From assembly GCA_013265495.1 (NCBI GenBank), contig MU058233.1, forward strand, positions 469,038 to 533,037: a DNA stretch of 64,000 nt, read 5' to 3'. Numbering within the stretch: position 1 is the first letter of the stretch; each line of letters begins with the position of its first letter. The notes beneath the pieces were generated by a model. That model was not told the origin of the DNA. It searched no databases and saw nothing but the letters and a program-made list of their open reading frames with translations. This DNA comes from Vicugna vicugna (taxonomy: Eukaryota). Both the position numbers and the translations under genes were made by a program. Of the stretch, positions 14,075 to 24,900 are shown piece after piece.

Positions 14075-14160
14075 CTAAGAGATTAAGTGAATTAACATGT
14101 GAAAAGTGTTTGGAATCACGTCTGATAAATTCTCGGGGAGTGATAGCTGTTAGCGTCATC
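14075..14160 (+). mobile_element. MIR 3' fragment
   Basis: gagattaagtgaattaacatgtgaaaagtgtttggaa resembles the MIR 3' core. Confidence 0.5.
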
Positions 14161-14352
14161 ACCATCACCACTCCTGCTGGCCTAACATGCAACGCTTCCT
14201 CCGTGGGGAAGCTTCTCTTGGCCCCACATTCCTCTCCAGATACTTCCCACTCCATGGTCCCCCTCACCGTTAAACTCGTTGATTCTGCCTTAACGTCACA
14301 TCCACAGCTACCAGCCATGGTTTCCACCACTTTCCATGGCAGAAACTGGTAA

Positions 14353-14871
14353 TGAGACAGGAGGAAAGGGGCAGGGCACAGCCATTCAAGGAATGACACA
14401 GCAATTAACACCAAGAGGCGGAAGATTCAACTCCCATTGGACCCTGAGCTTCATTATACGCTCACTGTAACATATCAGCATGGGAAATTGGCTCTCCCTC
14501 AGGCGCCATGGCAGTTCCGAGGCTGACCAGAAAAGGTCAAGAAGTGGGCGGTGGCCCAGCTCCTGGGAATCCCCTCCCCTTCCCCAAAAGTAGCGGGAAT
14601 AATCCTCCCACTCGCTAGCGTTTGAAGCTACCGAGTCCGTGAAAACTAGCAAACCCCATACCTTGTGGCCGCTCTGTCTGCTGAGTGAGACAGCCTGCCC
14701 TCTGTCTACGGAGTGTGCATCTCTGAATAAATCTACTTTTACTCAGTTGTGGCTGACTCTTGACTTCTTTCCTGCACGAAGCCAAGGACCCACACTTGGC
14801 AGGGCGCATCCCAGGGACTCAGCCAAGACCTGGGATGTGGCCATCCTCTCACCCACATCTTTCCTGTATCA
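14353..14871 (+). mobile_element. Solo LTR, ERV1-like (519 bp)
   Basis: Starts TGAGACAGG and ends CCTGTATCA (8/9 inverted repeat, TG...CA). 4-bp TSD GTAA on both sides (14349-14352, 14872-14875). Internal AATAAA (~14727) followed by a typical U5 segment (ttctttcctgcacgaagccaaggaccc). Confidence 0.85.
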
Positions 14872-15179
14872 GTAACTTGGAGTGTGAGGCCTTGTTAATA
14901 CTCATCTCCACTTGCTGACTGCAGGCCCCCGAGGACCAGGTCTGTGCCTCTAGAGGTCACCACCACCTACACTGCACACAAAGATGTTCTGAAAGTTGTG
15001 CAGAACCAACAACTTGCTCCCGCAGGCTGGCAGAGCAGACCTGTGCTGGTCCCTAACTGGTGGGCTCATCACAGTCCGTGCCTGAGGCACCCAGCCATAG
15101 CCAAGCGGCTATGGGAGATCTTTTCTGAGCCTGGCTGCATGGACCCTCCACCCTGCTCATCCCCATTTGCATCAGTCAA

Positions 15180-15490
15180 CTAGTGCACAAAGTGCTGAGT
15201 AACAAACAGCCCCAAGAGCCCAGCCTCTTGAAACAGCAAGTATAGTTCATGTGTTTGGAGGTTGGCTGAACTGCTCACTTCAACTGGAATCACCCATTCC
15301 AGGTGTGTCTCGCCCTCCCTGTCCTCCTGGATCCAGTGGGCCACCCTGGGCATGGCCTTCTCACGGCCCTGGCAGAGGCACAAGAGAACAAGTGGAAACA
15401 CACGGGGTCTCTTGGGTCTAGGCTCAGAGTGGGCACTTGGTCACTTCCATCCTTCCCATGGACAAAGGCAAGGCATAGCAGGACCCAGGA
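15180..15490 (-). mobile_element. MLT1 (G/H-like) LTR fragment
   Basis: tgagtaacaaacagcccca...gagaacaagtggaaacacac...ctaggctcagagtgggcac..gtcacttcc is typical of reverse-strand MLT1. Confidence 0.6.
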
Positions 15491-15544
15491 TGGGGTTTCC
15501 AGGACGGGGAGCAACGTCCCACCATCCGAGTAGTGGCCTGTAGG

Positions 15545-15700
15545 CATTTCCTGTGGCCACAAACTTGGTGGCTTAAAGCAACAGACAGCCATTCTCTCAC
15601 AGTCCTGGAAGCTAGAGGTCCTAGATCCAGGTGTCAGGAGGGCTGCGCTTCCTCTGACAGCTCTGAAAAGACTGCCTCTTTGCTGCTGACCTGAACTTGG
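15545..15700 (-). mobile_element. MLT1 (A-D-like) LTR 3' end
   Basis: ccacaaacttggtggcttaaagcaacagacagccattctctcacagtcctggaagctagaggtc is the reverse complement of the MLT1 3' end. Confidence 0.75.
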
Positions 15701-16959
15701 CAGACTGAGACTTGCACCCATCACCTCCCCAGGGAAAGCCAGTCTGAGTCCATTCCGGCCCGAGGCCCAGTTGGACATCTAAAGTTCCACAGCAGAGTAA
15801 GCCAGCCTGGGTCTGGGTTTCTGTTACCTCCAAGCGGAAGAGCCCTGCGGCCCCCTCCTCCCTCCCACAGGCTGCCCCCCACCACCTGCCCTGCATACCG
15901 CTCAGGGCCAGGTTGGAGGGCAGGGTCCACGCAGACAGGGCCTGCCTGCCTTCCCGTTCTTGCATGAGCCTCCCATTCCTCCCCCAAGGCTAGCCCTGCT
16001 GGATGACACCCTCCAGGGAGAGTCAGGAAGTCAGGACGCCTGGGTCACCCCAGACAAAGGCCACTTATGGCCCCCACTGTGCGCCGCCACCGAGTCAGGC
16101 CCACAACCTCTGTTCTGGAGACAACGTGCCCCTGAAGGACAGGAGACCAAGACGGCAGGAGGGCACCCGATCCTGGAGAGGCCTCGGGCCCCCGAGGTGC
16201 ACTGTCTGTGGGATTGGGTGCCAAAGCCTGACCTTCCACGGTGGACAGCTGGGGTGGTGGGGACAGCCCTGATGGGCGTGGCCTGTGTGTCTCTAGGGCG
16301 GCCAGGAGTCTGGGTGGCAGCTTTCAAGATGCAGAGCCCAGACAAACCCAGGGTCCAGAGGGGACCTCTCGCCACCCCCGCCTGCAGGACACAGCCATCC
16401 CACAGAGTCTGGCCCTTCCTCAGGACCCCAGGAGGTGGCCAGAGATGGACGGAAGCCCCCAGGGCTGCAGCCTGGAGCTGCCCGAGCTGCCTGGAGGTGG
16501 GGGGTGGGGGGTGCTGGATCGTAACTCCGTGCGTGACTGCAGCAGGCCGGGCGCCTTGCGGGGGCCCCCGGAGGTGAACTGGCCGCTCTTGCTCTCACTT
16601 CTGTTGGCCAGAGCACACGGCTGTCTCATGTGGGCAGCCCTGACCCGCCACCCGGTAAGGGGAATTCTGAGAAATGTTCCCACCTGGCTGAGTCCACCCA
16701 GCACGAAGCCACCAACTTCGGGGAGAAGTGACATCTGAGTTAGGAGTGATGAAGTGGGAGGGTGCGGACACGGCAGGACGGGTGGGGGTCAGGACAGCTG
16801 GGCTGATCCTGTGGAGCAGGAATTAGGGGAAGGGGCACACTTGGGATGAGGACACCCCAAATTTCAATCCCTTGGGTACACACCATTGGACTGGCATCGC
16901 CTGGGAGACCTGCTGTGACGAGTGGGAATGCAGTCCCCAAACCTTTACTTCCCGTTTGT

Positions 16960-17352
16960 AGTAGGCCCACACACCTGCCCCTGCCACATAACCACAGTGC
17001 CCCCTCCCCCAACTGGAGTGGAAGGCATCAGCTTCCTGCCCTATGAGTGATGGCTTTGGCCGAGTGACTTGCTTTAGACAGGATGTCGCCCGATGAGGCT
17101 TAAAGCACAGGCTTTCCATGTGCCCGTGCGGCATGGCTCGGCCCCGTGAAGATGCCTCAGGTGGCTTACTTCTTGCAGCCTGAATCCCAGAGACAGAGCC
17201 TTGAGACAGACCTGAACTTGACCCATAGTCTGACGCAGAGCCCCTCTAGAAACCCACAGCCTTTTGGGAAAGAAAGAAAGAGTTGATATTCTAAGACACA
17301 GAGATTCTGGGGGCTGTTTGTCACACAGCATTATCGTGACGGGAGCTAGGAC
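16960..17352 (+). mobile_element. MLT1 (F-H-like) LTR
   Basis: ggctttggccgagtgacttgcttt...tctaagacacagagattctgggggctgtttgtcacacagcatta matches MLT1 middle and 3' motifs. Confidence 0.65.
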
Positions 17353-19215
17353 ATCTGCCCGTTCCTGAGCCAGGAAAGCGAGGAGCATCTCAGTGAGCTG
17401 TCCACCTCCCCAAGACTGCATCCCTGGAAGTAGGCTACATAGCCAGAAAGAGGTGGGATGGATACTGGGAAGGCTGAAACCAAACCACCATGATGGAGCA
17501 AAGAGCTGGCTCACAGATGTGGCACCAGGGCTGGCCTGTTAGCCAGAATTCATTTTCTGGCTGTCATCCTACAAGTAAAAAGTGTGTCTGAACCCCAAAG
17601 GGCTTCCGGCTCTGATGATTTATAGGGCCTGAATCAGAGCTGTGAGGGCACATTGAATTTTGAATACAATTCCACATCAATTAACTTTGCTCTGAGCCTT
17701 ACAGAAAAGCAGGGACTCTAAAGCTAACCGGAACAGAGAAGACTGATGTGAGCCTATGGGCCACCCTGGAAGCAAGCCATTTCCAACAATGGCTTTCAGA
17801 GCTCTGCGGGGGCGGGCGCTCTACTGTGTGTGGTGACTGGGTGAGGGTCTGGGCTGCAGGTGGTGACCAGGTGAGGACCTGGCCCTGGGAGTGGGAACCA
17901 AGTGAAGGCTGGGCTTCAGGCCACACAGCAGTGGGCCAGCACTTTCAAGGTAGGCTGAGGGTGGGGAGAGGCTTCTCTCTGACAGCGTCCTGCCCTTGGG
18001 AAGGGGTCCCATTTCCCTGATTGGAGTCCTCAGGGATGGGAGGAGGCAGAAGGAGAGACCTGGGCCGGCTGCAGACTGGAACCCTGAGCCCTGAGCCCCA
18101 GGGGCCTGGGAGGAGCTAGTGAGAGGCTGGGGAGAAGAGGGAGGAAGTCAATGTCATTGAGAGCCACGCTGCCGGGGAGGTGGGGCAGGGCGTTAAAGGA
18201 GCCCACCCTCAGGGACCCTGGTTTGTTGCACATGAACAAGAGGGGCGCTGTTGGAGGCACACAGCCTCTGGCCCCCAGCCTCCCAGCCCCAGCCCGTTGG
18301 AAATGCAAATTTTTGAGCCCCAAGTAGGACCAGGACCAGATGAGTCTGGTATGTTACCAAGCCTCCGTCCCTGTGTGACTCCAGGCCTCACCTGGACCAC
18401 ACACCACAGAGGGTATCGCGTCACACCTGGCCCCCTCCCCCTGTCTGACACAGAGAAGCTGGGTCATTTGCCCACAGTCCCGTGAGAGGAGCTGAGGTTG
18501 GAATCCAGGCAATATTCCATTTCAGATTAAAGGTAATAAATAAAATGTGCAATTCTGTTCTTCAGTTGCACGAGCCACATCTCAAGGGTTCAAGGACCCT
18601 GTGCGACTGGTGGCCACCAGACTGGACGGCAGAGATCTAGCAAGTTCCCATCACTAGCATGATCTAGAAGCTTAGTCACTTTGGGCTTCCACACCCCACA
18701 CCCGCCAGACCCTCCAGGAAGAAGAGGGCAAAGTTGTATGCAAGCGAACAAGTCAGAACAAAAAGCAGAGCAGGCCGGGCCCCCCGCCACACCCACCACA
18801 CCAGCCGGGAGCCAAGGACGCGGAGCTCAGCCCCACAGGCCCCTGTAAATCCTGGGGAGGAGGCTCGGAGTCCTGGCAGGTGTCTAATCATTCCTGTACC
18901 ATCTGCATGGTTGAGGGGTTGGAGGGCGGGGGTTGATGCACACAAGTCAGGCAGGCCGGATTCTGCCCTGACCACCTGCCCTGCCTCTCTCCTGAGGGTA
19001 GGTTTTCTGTGCCCAGAATCCTGAGGAGATGGAAGCTGATCCCTGAGGTGCTGGCTAGCCCCCTGGAAATGAATCAAAAAAGGGAAAACACCTCGGGGGG
19101 CTCCTCCTGGGGGAGAGCTAAGGATCCCAGAGAAGATGCCCCACATAGGGGTCTACAGAAACCCCATCCTTCACCTTGAATACACATCTAAGCATCTTCA
19201 AGAACAGGTGATCAG

Positions 19216-19343
19216 GGAGGAGGGTATAGTTCAAGTGGTAGAATGCATGCTTAGCATGCACGAGGTTCTGGGTTCAATCCCCAGTACCTCTTCTAAAAAC
19301 AAATAAACCTAACTACCCCCTCAAATTAAAAAAAAAAAAAAAG
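19216..19343 (+). mobile_element. tRNA-Ala(AGC)-derived camelid SINE (Vic-1 type) with poly(A) tail and TSD
   Basis: GGAGGAGGGTATAGTTCAAGTGGTAGAATGCATGCTTAGCATGCACGAGGTTCTGGGTTCAATCCCCAGTACCTC shows box A, an AGC anticodon arm and box B, then an A-rich tail. Flanks AAGAACAGGTGATCAG (19200-19215) and AAGAACAGATGAGCAG (19344-19359) match at 14/16. Confidence 0.9.
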
Positions 19344-19959
19344 AAGAACAGATGAGCAGATACAGGAGTTTCTGTCCTTGAAAACTTCATCAGCAGAACT
19401 CAAACTTTCCCAAGCATTTTTCTAGGAAAGTGGGGAAGGGGTGGCAAGAAAGGACCCACTGGAAGCCCCTTGCAGTCCCCACGATCAGCGGCCCAGGATA
19501 CACAGAGGCCTGAGGGGCCCCTGGGGACGGGCAGGCAGGCCCAGTGTTACCCCTAGGACTCCCCCCTACCACCCCCATCCCAACACACACATTTTCTGGC
19601 CTTCTGTCCTCAGAGGGGAATTAGGGCCTCAGGAATGCAGAGGAAGTTTTCTGTCCTCCTAACAAGGCTCTTAAAAATCAAAAGGAGGCTGCTGGGGGGA
19701 GTCAGAGTTATACGAAAACCTGCAAGGGGAAAAGGAAGAGGGGGAGGGGACCCTGCCCCCACCCCGGGGAGGCTAGGAGGTGGGGGAGGTTCCCAGAGCA
19801 GAGAGCCTGAAGGGGTGGGCCTGGGTGGACTGGAGGCCAGCAGCTCTGGGGGCCTGGGATCCCCACCCCCTGTATCCAGAAGTCTGTGGAGCTGCCTTCC
19901 CAACTACTCCCAGGGACGACCCTGACAACTGTCTGTGACAACCCAGACCACGCAGCTCC

Positions 19960-20245
19960 CTACCCTGCACACCCTAGGGCCCTGGGACGGCTGGCTCCTT
20001 CTCATCTGCTAGGTCTCAGCTCAGATTGTCACTCCTTGGAGAGGCCTTCCGGGACTACCCCATGCCAGCTTTCTATGACACCTCCCTATTGTGTTTTCTT
20101 CATGTGATCCTTTGATATTATCTTATTTGGCTCTGTGTTCAGGTTCTCTCTCACTTATAACAGGGCCGTCTGTCTCATCCATTAGTGCATCACAAACAGC
20201 GCAGGATGTACGGCATTTGGTAAATATGTGTTGAATGAATTAATG
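19960..20245 (+). mobile_element. L2 LINE 3' end
   Basis: tcactccttggagaggccttcc..gactacccc...gtaaatatgtgttgaatgaattaatga is an L2 3' terminus pattern. Confidence 0.6.
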
Positions 20246-21493
20246 ACCTTAAGATTTGAGGAAGACAGTGGCCACTCCCCACTTGCAGTGGGTCCTTGCC
20301 GCAGTCTCCCCTGGGTGAAAGAGGAAGTTCCTCCTTATTTCTAGCTTTCAGCTCTCCAGCTGCCCTTTCTCATTGTTCCCTCCCTGATGCAGCCTTCAGT
20401 GGAGAGCGGTTCCAGCAGCGCAAGCCACTGTCTCTATGCAAACCAGGCAGCCCACCCAGGGTGGTGAGGTGGCCCCCATAGGGCACAGTCCATGGTCCCG
20501 GGCTCTAGTCTTGGGAGCGCTGCCTTACTATAAAGCCTGGCGAACTTGACCCAGGAAGAGGGTGAAGAGATGCACTTCGTGTAGAACTCCCCCTCTTCAC
20601 CCCTCCTGCCCCCAAGACTAGAACTCAGAGGTCGGGGTTGCCTGAGCAGGGAGCGGTGGAGAGCACCAGGAGCCGCGGAGGGGCAGGACCAGCCTTCAGG
20701 GAGACCCCGGGGTAGGGGAGCAGGGCACACGCGAAGAAGCCCTGGACTGGGGTCCAGGGTAATGAGGGGGCCGTGAAACCCTCACATGGCTTTCACACAC
20801 CTCCACTCTTGGGGGGGTGGTCGGTCCCCCCTCACGAGCCGAGTAAGACCCTTACCCCCTGCCCCCGTATTAGGAGTGGTGGCGAGGACGCCTCACGCAT
20901 AGCCCGCCATCATGGGTGGGGACGAGGACGCCCCATCCTTGCTCCCCTGCCCCCAGCTTGGGAGTGACGGTGAGCGCGCCCCTTCAGTCCATATGTCTAG
21001 TATGGCTGGAGGGGCCTCCCACTTTTCTGTTCATGCGCTCCCATTTAAAGATTCTTTCGGAATGAGGCCGCGGCTGCGGAGGTGCAAAGACGCCCCCAAC
21101 TCCGCAACGGGAAGAAAGGGTAGCGCTCCAGCTTCCCACACCTCCCACGTGCGGGGATGCCCGCCCAGGTGCACCCGGAGGGACGGGAAGGGGCGAGGCC
21201 TCCTAGCGCCCTCCCCGAGGGGCGGGGCCGGGGCGGGGCCGGAGGCGGGGCGATGGAGCAAGGCCGCAGGGGCAGAGCGGAGGTGGGCGGGACCGTGAGG
21301 GGCGGGGCCGGGCCGGGGCGGGGCGGGGCTCGCGTCGGCCCTGCTGGAGTGCCCACTTCCTCTGGCGCCCGCCGCCTGGCGGAAGTACGTCAGTTGTTAT
21401 CCGCTCGGGGCGCCGCTGCCGCCGCCGCCTCACGAGCCCCGGCGCCTCAGCCCGGGTCCGCGCCCCGCCCGCCCGCCCGCCGGGCCTCCGCCC

Positions 21494-21623
21494 NNNNNNN
21501 NNNNNNNNNNNNNNNNNNNNNNNNNNNNNNNNNNNNNNNNNNNNNNNNNNNNNNNNNNNNNNNNNNNNNNNNNNNNNNNNNNNNNNNNNNNNNNNNNNNN
21601 NNNNNNNNNNNNNNNNNNNNNNN

Positions 21624-21625
<2 letters not shown>
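21494..21625. other. Assembly gap covering the distal 5' UTR and the first two bases of the start codon
   Basis: Run of N inside the CpG island. Confidence 0.99.
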
Positions 21626-21902
<277 letters not shown>

Positions 21903-24900
21903 GTAGGTGGGCCCCCGCGAGCACGCTGCGGCCAGAGTCGCGAGCGGGGCTCCCCCGGGCCATCGGGACACCCACCCCCCAGGGCTCCGCGGGCTGCGTG
22001 GGCCCCGCGTGTCTTCCGGGTTGCTCTTGAAGGACCCTGGAGCCTGCGGTTGGTGCAGGGATGTTTGTGTCTTGAGGCTGTGACTTAAAAATCTCTAAAT
22101 TGCACTGTCCGCAATGGGTCTGTCTAGCTACTCAGTCGGCCTTTTTTTCAGTTGTGTTTCTGTTGCCAAGATATCACTCTGTTTAGTTCGGGATGTGCTA
22201 GGGAGGTGGACACTGCTGGGCTTGGAGGTGAAGGTGATAAAATGGATACTTAGGGGATTCTTCCTGTTCCTCTCCTCCCGTCTGAGGTCTCTGTTCAGAT
22301 GGGGAGAGGGACGGTCATATTTTAGCTCCCTCTCTGGGACCACTGTTTGCTGCGTGGTTAATAGGATACCAAAAAAATACTGCTTGTCTGGTTGACTTGA
22401 CATGGACTGTATTTGTTGAGCAAATACTTCCCTTCTTGCCTGAACCCAAGTGAGTGGAGAAGGAAATGAATGCTGTCAGAGGTGGCAAGTGGACTGGTTG
22501 GGTAGCTGCTGTCTCCTAGAACTGGCAGGCCCCAGAACCCTGTGAGCCTCAGCCAGCCAGCCTACCCCTCCACCCTCCAGGGGCCCCATGCAGCACTTAC
22601 TTTGGGGGACCCGCATCTGCTGGGTTTGGGGTCCCAGGGACTGCTCAGTTAGCAGCTCCCCTTCCCTTTCCCTGGGGCTTGGAGGCCAGCGACCTAGGAT
22701 TCCCCAGTCTCAGAGGCTGAGCTCTAGGAGAGGGGAAGTCCCCATACTGCAGATCCCTGCAGTGAGCTCTCTCCAGGGGGCGGGGGTGCCTGGTCTGTAG
22801 AGAGCCTCAGGGTCAGGCGCTTGCAGCCAGGGGGAGGTGGCCCAGGGACAGGTTTGCTGCTTTCTGTCTGGGCACATGGGTGCACAAGGGTGGGGCACCT
22901 GCGTCCGAGCTTGTGCTAACACACAGCTCCAGGATCCTCTGTTGTGCACATCTGGAAAGCCTGAGATGGCTCCTGGGCCGAGGGGTCCTCAGCTGACGCG
23001 CTTTGGTGGCGTATGGGGGCACCTGCCTTGGCTCTTTATTGGGGAGGGGTGGCCCCAGGGCCGAGTTTTCCACCTTTGTACAAGCCAGGTCTTGCCCTGC
23101 AGCCTCTAAGAGTGGATACACCACCTGCCTTCCAGATGTAACCACTCTGTCAGGTGGAGGGAAAAAGAACCCTAACTGCAGCCTCCAAGGTTCTATGCTC
23201 CATCAGCTGCTCTGACAGCTGGACTCTGGCACCAGCCCGTCAGCCTCTTTCAGGTTATGCCTCAGGGCCTCCGTACTTGCTGTTCCCTCTGCCTTGGTCA
23301 CTTGGTACCTTCCTGTCTCAGCACGGATGTCTCTCAGAGAGCCTCTCGGGCCTGACGCAGCATCCCTTTCCCCCCACAGGTCCTTCTCCCCATGTTATTT
23401 TATATACTTTCTTTCCTGTCAGTTCCCATTCTCTCCCATGCTGTCTTGTAATTTGCTCACTCAAAACAGGTGCTCTCCCCACCAGAACTAGTAGCTCTGG
23501 CATCTTGTCTGTGTGTGTGTCCTGTGGGGTCCTAGTGCCCCAGACATGGTTGTGGAGTGAACTAGTGAGAGGAGAAACCGAAGTTCAGGGCGGCTGCGCC
23601 CAAGGTCACTCACGGGCCCTGGTGAAATGAGCCTGGTCCACTCACTGCCTGCGGTGGCTCTGGCTGTACCTCTCCTGTATCAGGGGACACAAAATACAGC
23701 TTTGGGTTTAGGGGACTTCTGCAGGCTCAGACCAGACGAGACTGAGCCTCCCTTCTGCTTGGCATTCACACAGACGCATCACCCTGGGGCCGCTCCGTGT
23801 GCCTTTCTCTGCCCTTCTGAGCCAGGGAGAGGGCTGCTGCCTTGGAAAGTACGGGGCTTCTGGGCAAGTCATGACTTCTAGATCGGCCTGCTTGTTTGGC
23901 CTCATTTCTTGCTGAAGTGTAGTGGTTTTCCCCCAGAGTTCAGATAACTCACGATGGCTAGCGTGCAGCGATCGAGGACTTGGCCAGCGCTGTTTGGAGC
24001 CTGCTTGTCCCCACTGCACAGATAGGGACTCTGAGGCCCAGCGCCGTGAGTGTCATGGCTTTGGCCTGCCCAGTCTCAGATCTCTGCCAGGCCCTCAGGA
24101 GTCTGTCTTGGCCTCCATGTGGACATAAGCTGCCACCCTGGGAGCATAAACAACCAAATGTCAAGTGTAGACCCGTCAGGAGGTGGGACCATGCAGAGTG
24201 CCAGTGTCCCTCAAGTCCTCCTTTGTCCTGAGCTGGTCCTCCCCACCCCCCACCCCCCAGTAGAGAAGGCCTCCTCCCACCCTGTTCCCCAGGCAGACTC
24301 CCACCCACCATGTCCCAGGCAGGTGCCAGACTCCCCCACTCTCAGCCCCATGTACTGCTGCTTTTCTGTGTCTGCCCCTGGGGGACAATGAGACAGATCC
24401 CTGCCTCTGGGGCAGCTGGGAGGGTCACCGGCCACTTCTGTTAAGTGCTGTGGGCAGAGCAGGCACTCTGTAATGTGGTGGCGATATTGTCAGCTGAGAA
24501 AGAGCCCCTAGATGTGGCCTGACTCAGGATGTGTCAACAGGTCTGGGGATAGAGTTGTCTCCATTGGAGCCCTGGGTTGGACGGCTGGAGTCCAGTGTCT
24601 GAGCTGAGGGTGTGCAGAGGCCACAGTCTGGGCACGGGGTCACACCCCTGAACCCTGTCCCACATCAGCTTTCTGATTCTCCATTAATCAGGGTAGGGGC
24701 CGTGAGCAGGTAGCAGTGGGATGGGGTCTTGTGTTGGGGCTCTATTTTCTGTTCTCAGGGACATTTGGCATGGACCAATGGACAACTCTTGCTGTCTCTC
24801 TGGTTCCTGTGACATCTCTGCCTCCTGGTGTGTTGACCAGAGGTGATGGAGAGGCCCTTGGGGGACAGGCCAGAGCAGCGCTGTGGTTCTCTACCTAGAT

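Noticed and set aside
17541-17562. Hairpin AGCCAGAA-ttcatt-TTCTGGCT
   Set aside because: An 8-bp stem is within chance expectation, and there is no miRNA-length arm or terminator context.
19216-19290. Functional tRNA-Ala gene
   Set aside because: The acceptor stem is poorly paired, and the poly(A) tail and TSD show it is a retroposed SINE.
1-20800. MUC8-like tandem repeat, recalled to lie just upstream of FBRSL1 in human
   Set aside because: I saw no ~41-bp tandem array in the sequenced upstream region; the 410-nt gap at 10.5 kb cannot be assessed.
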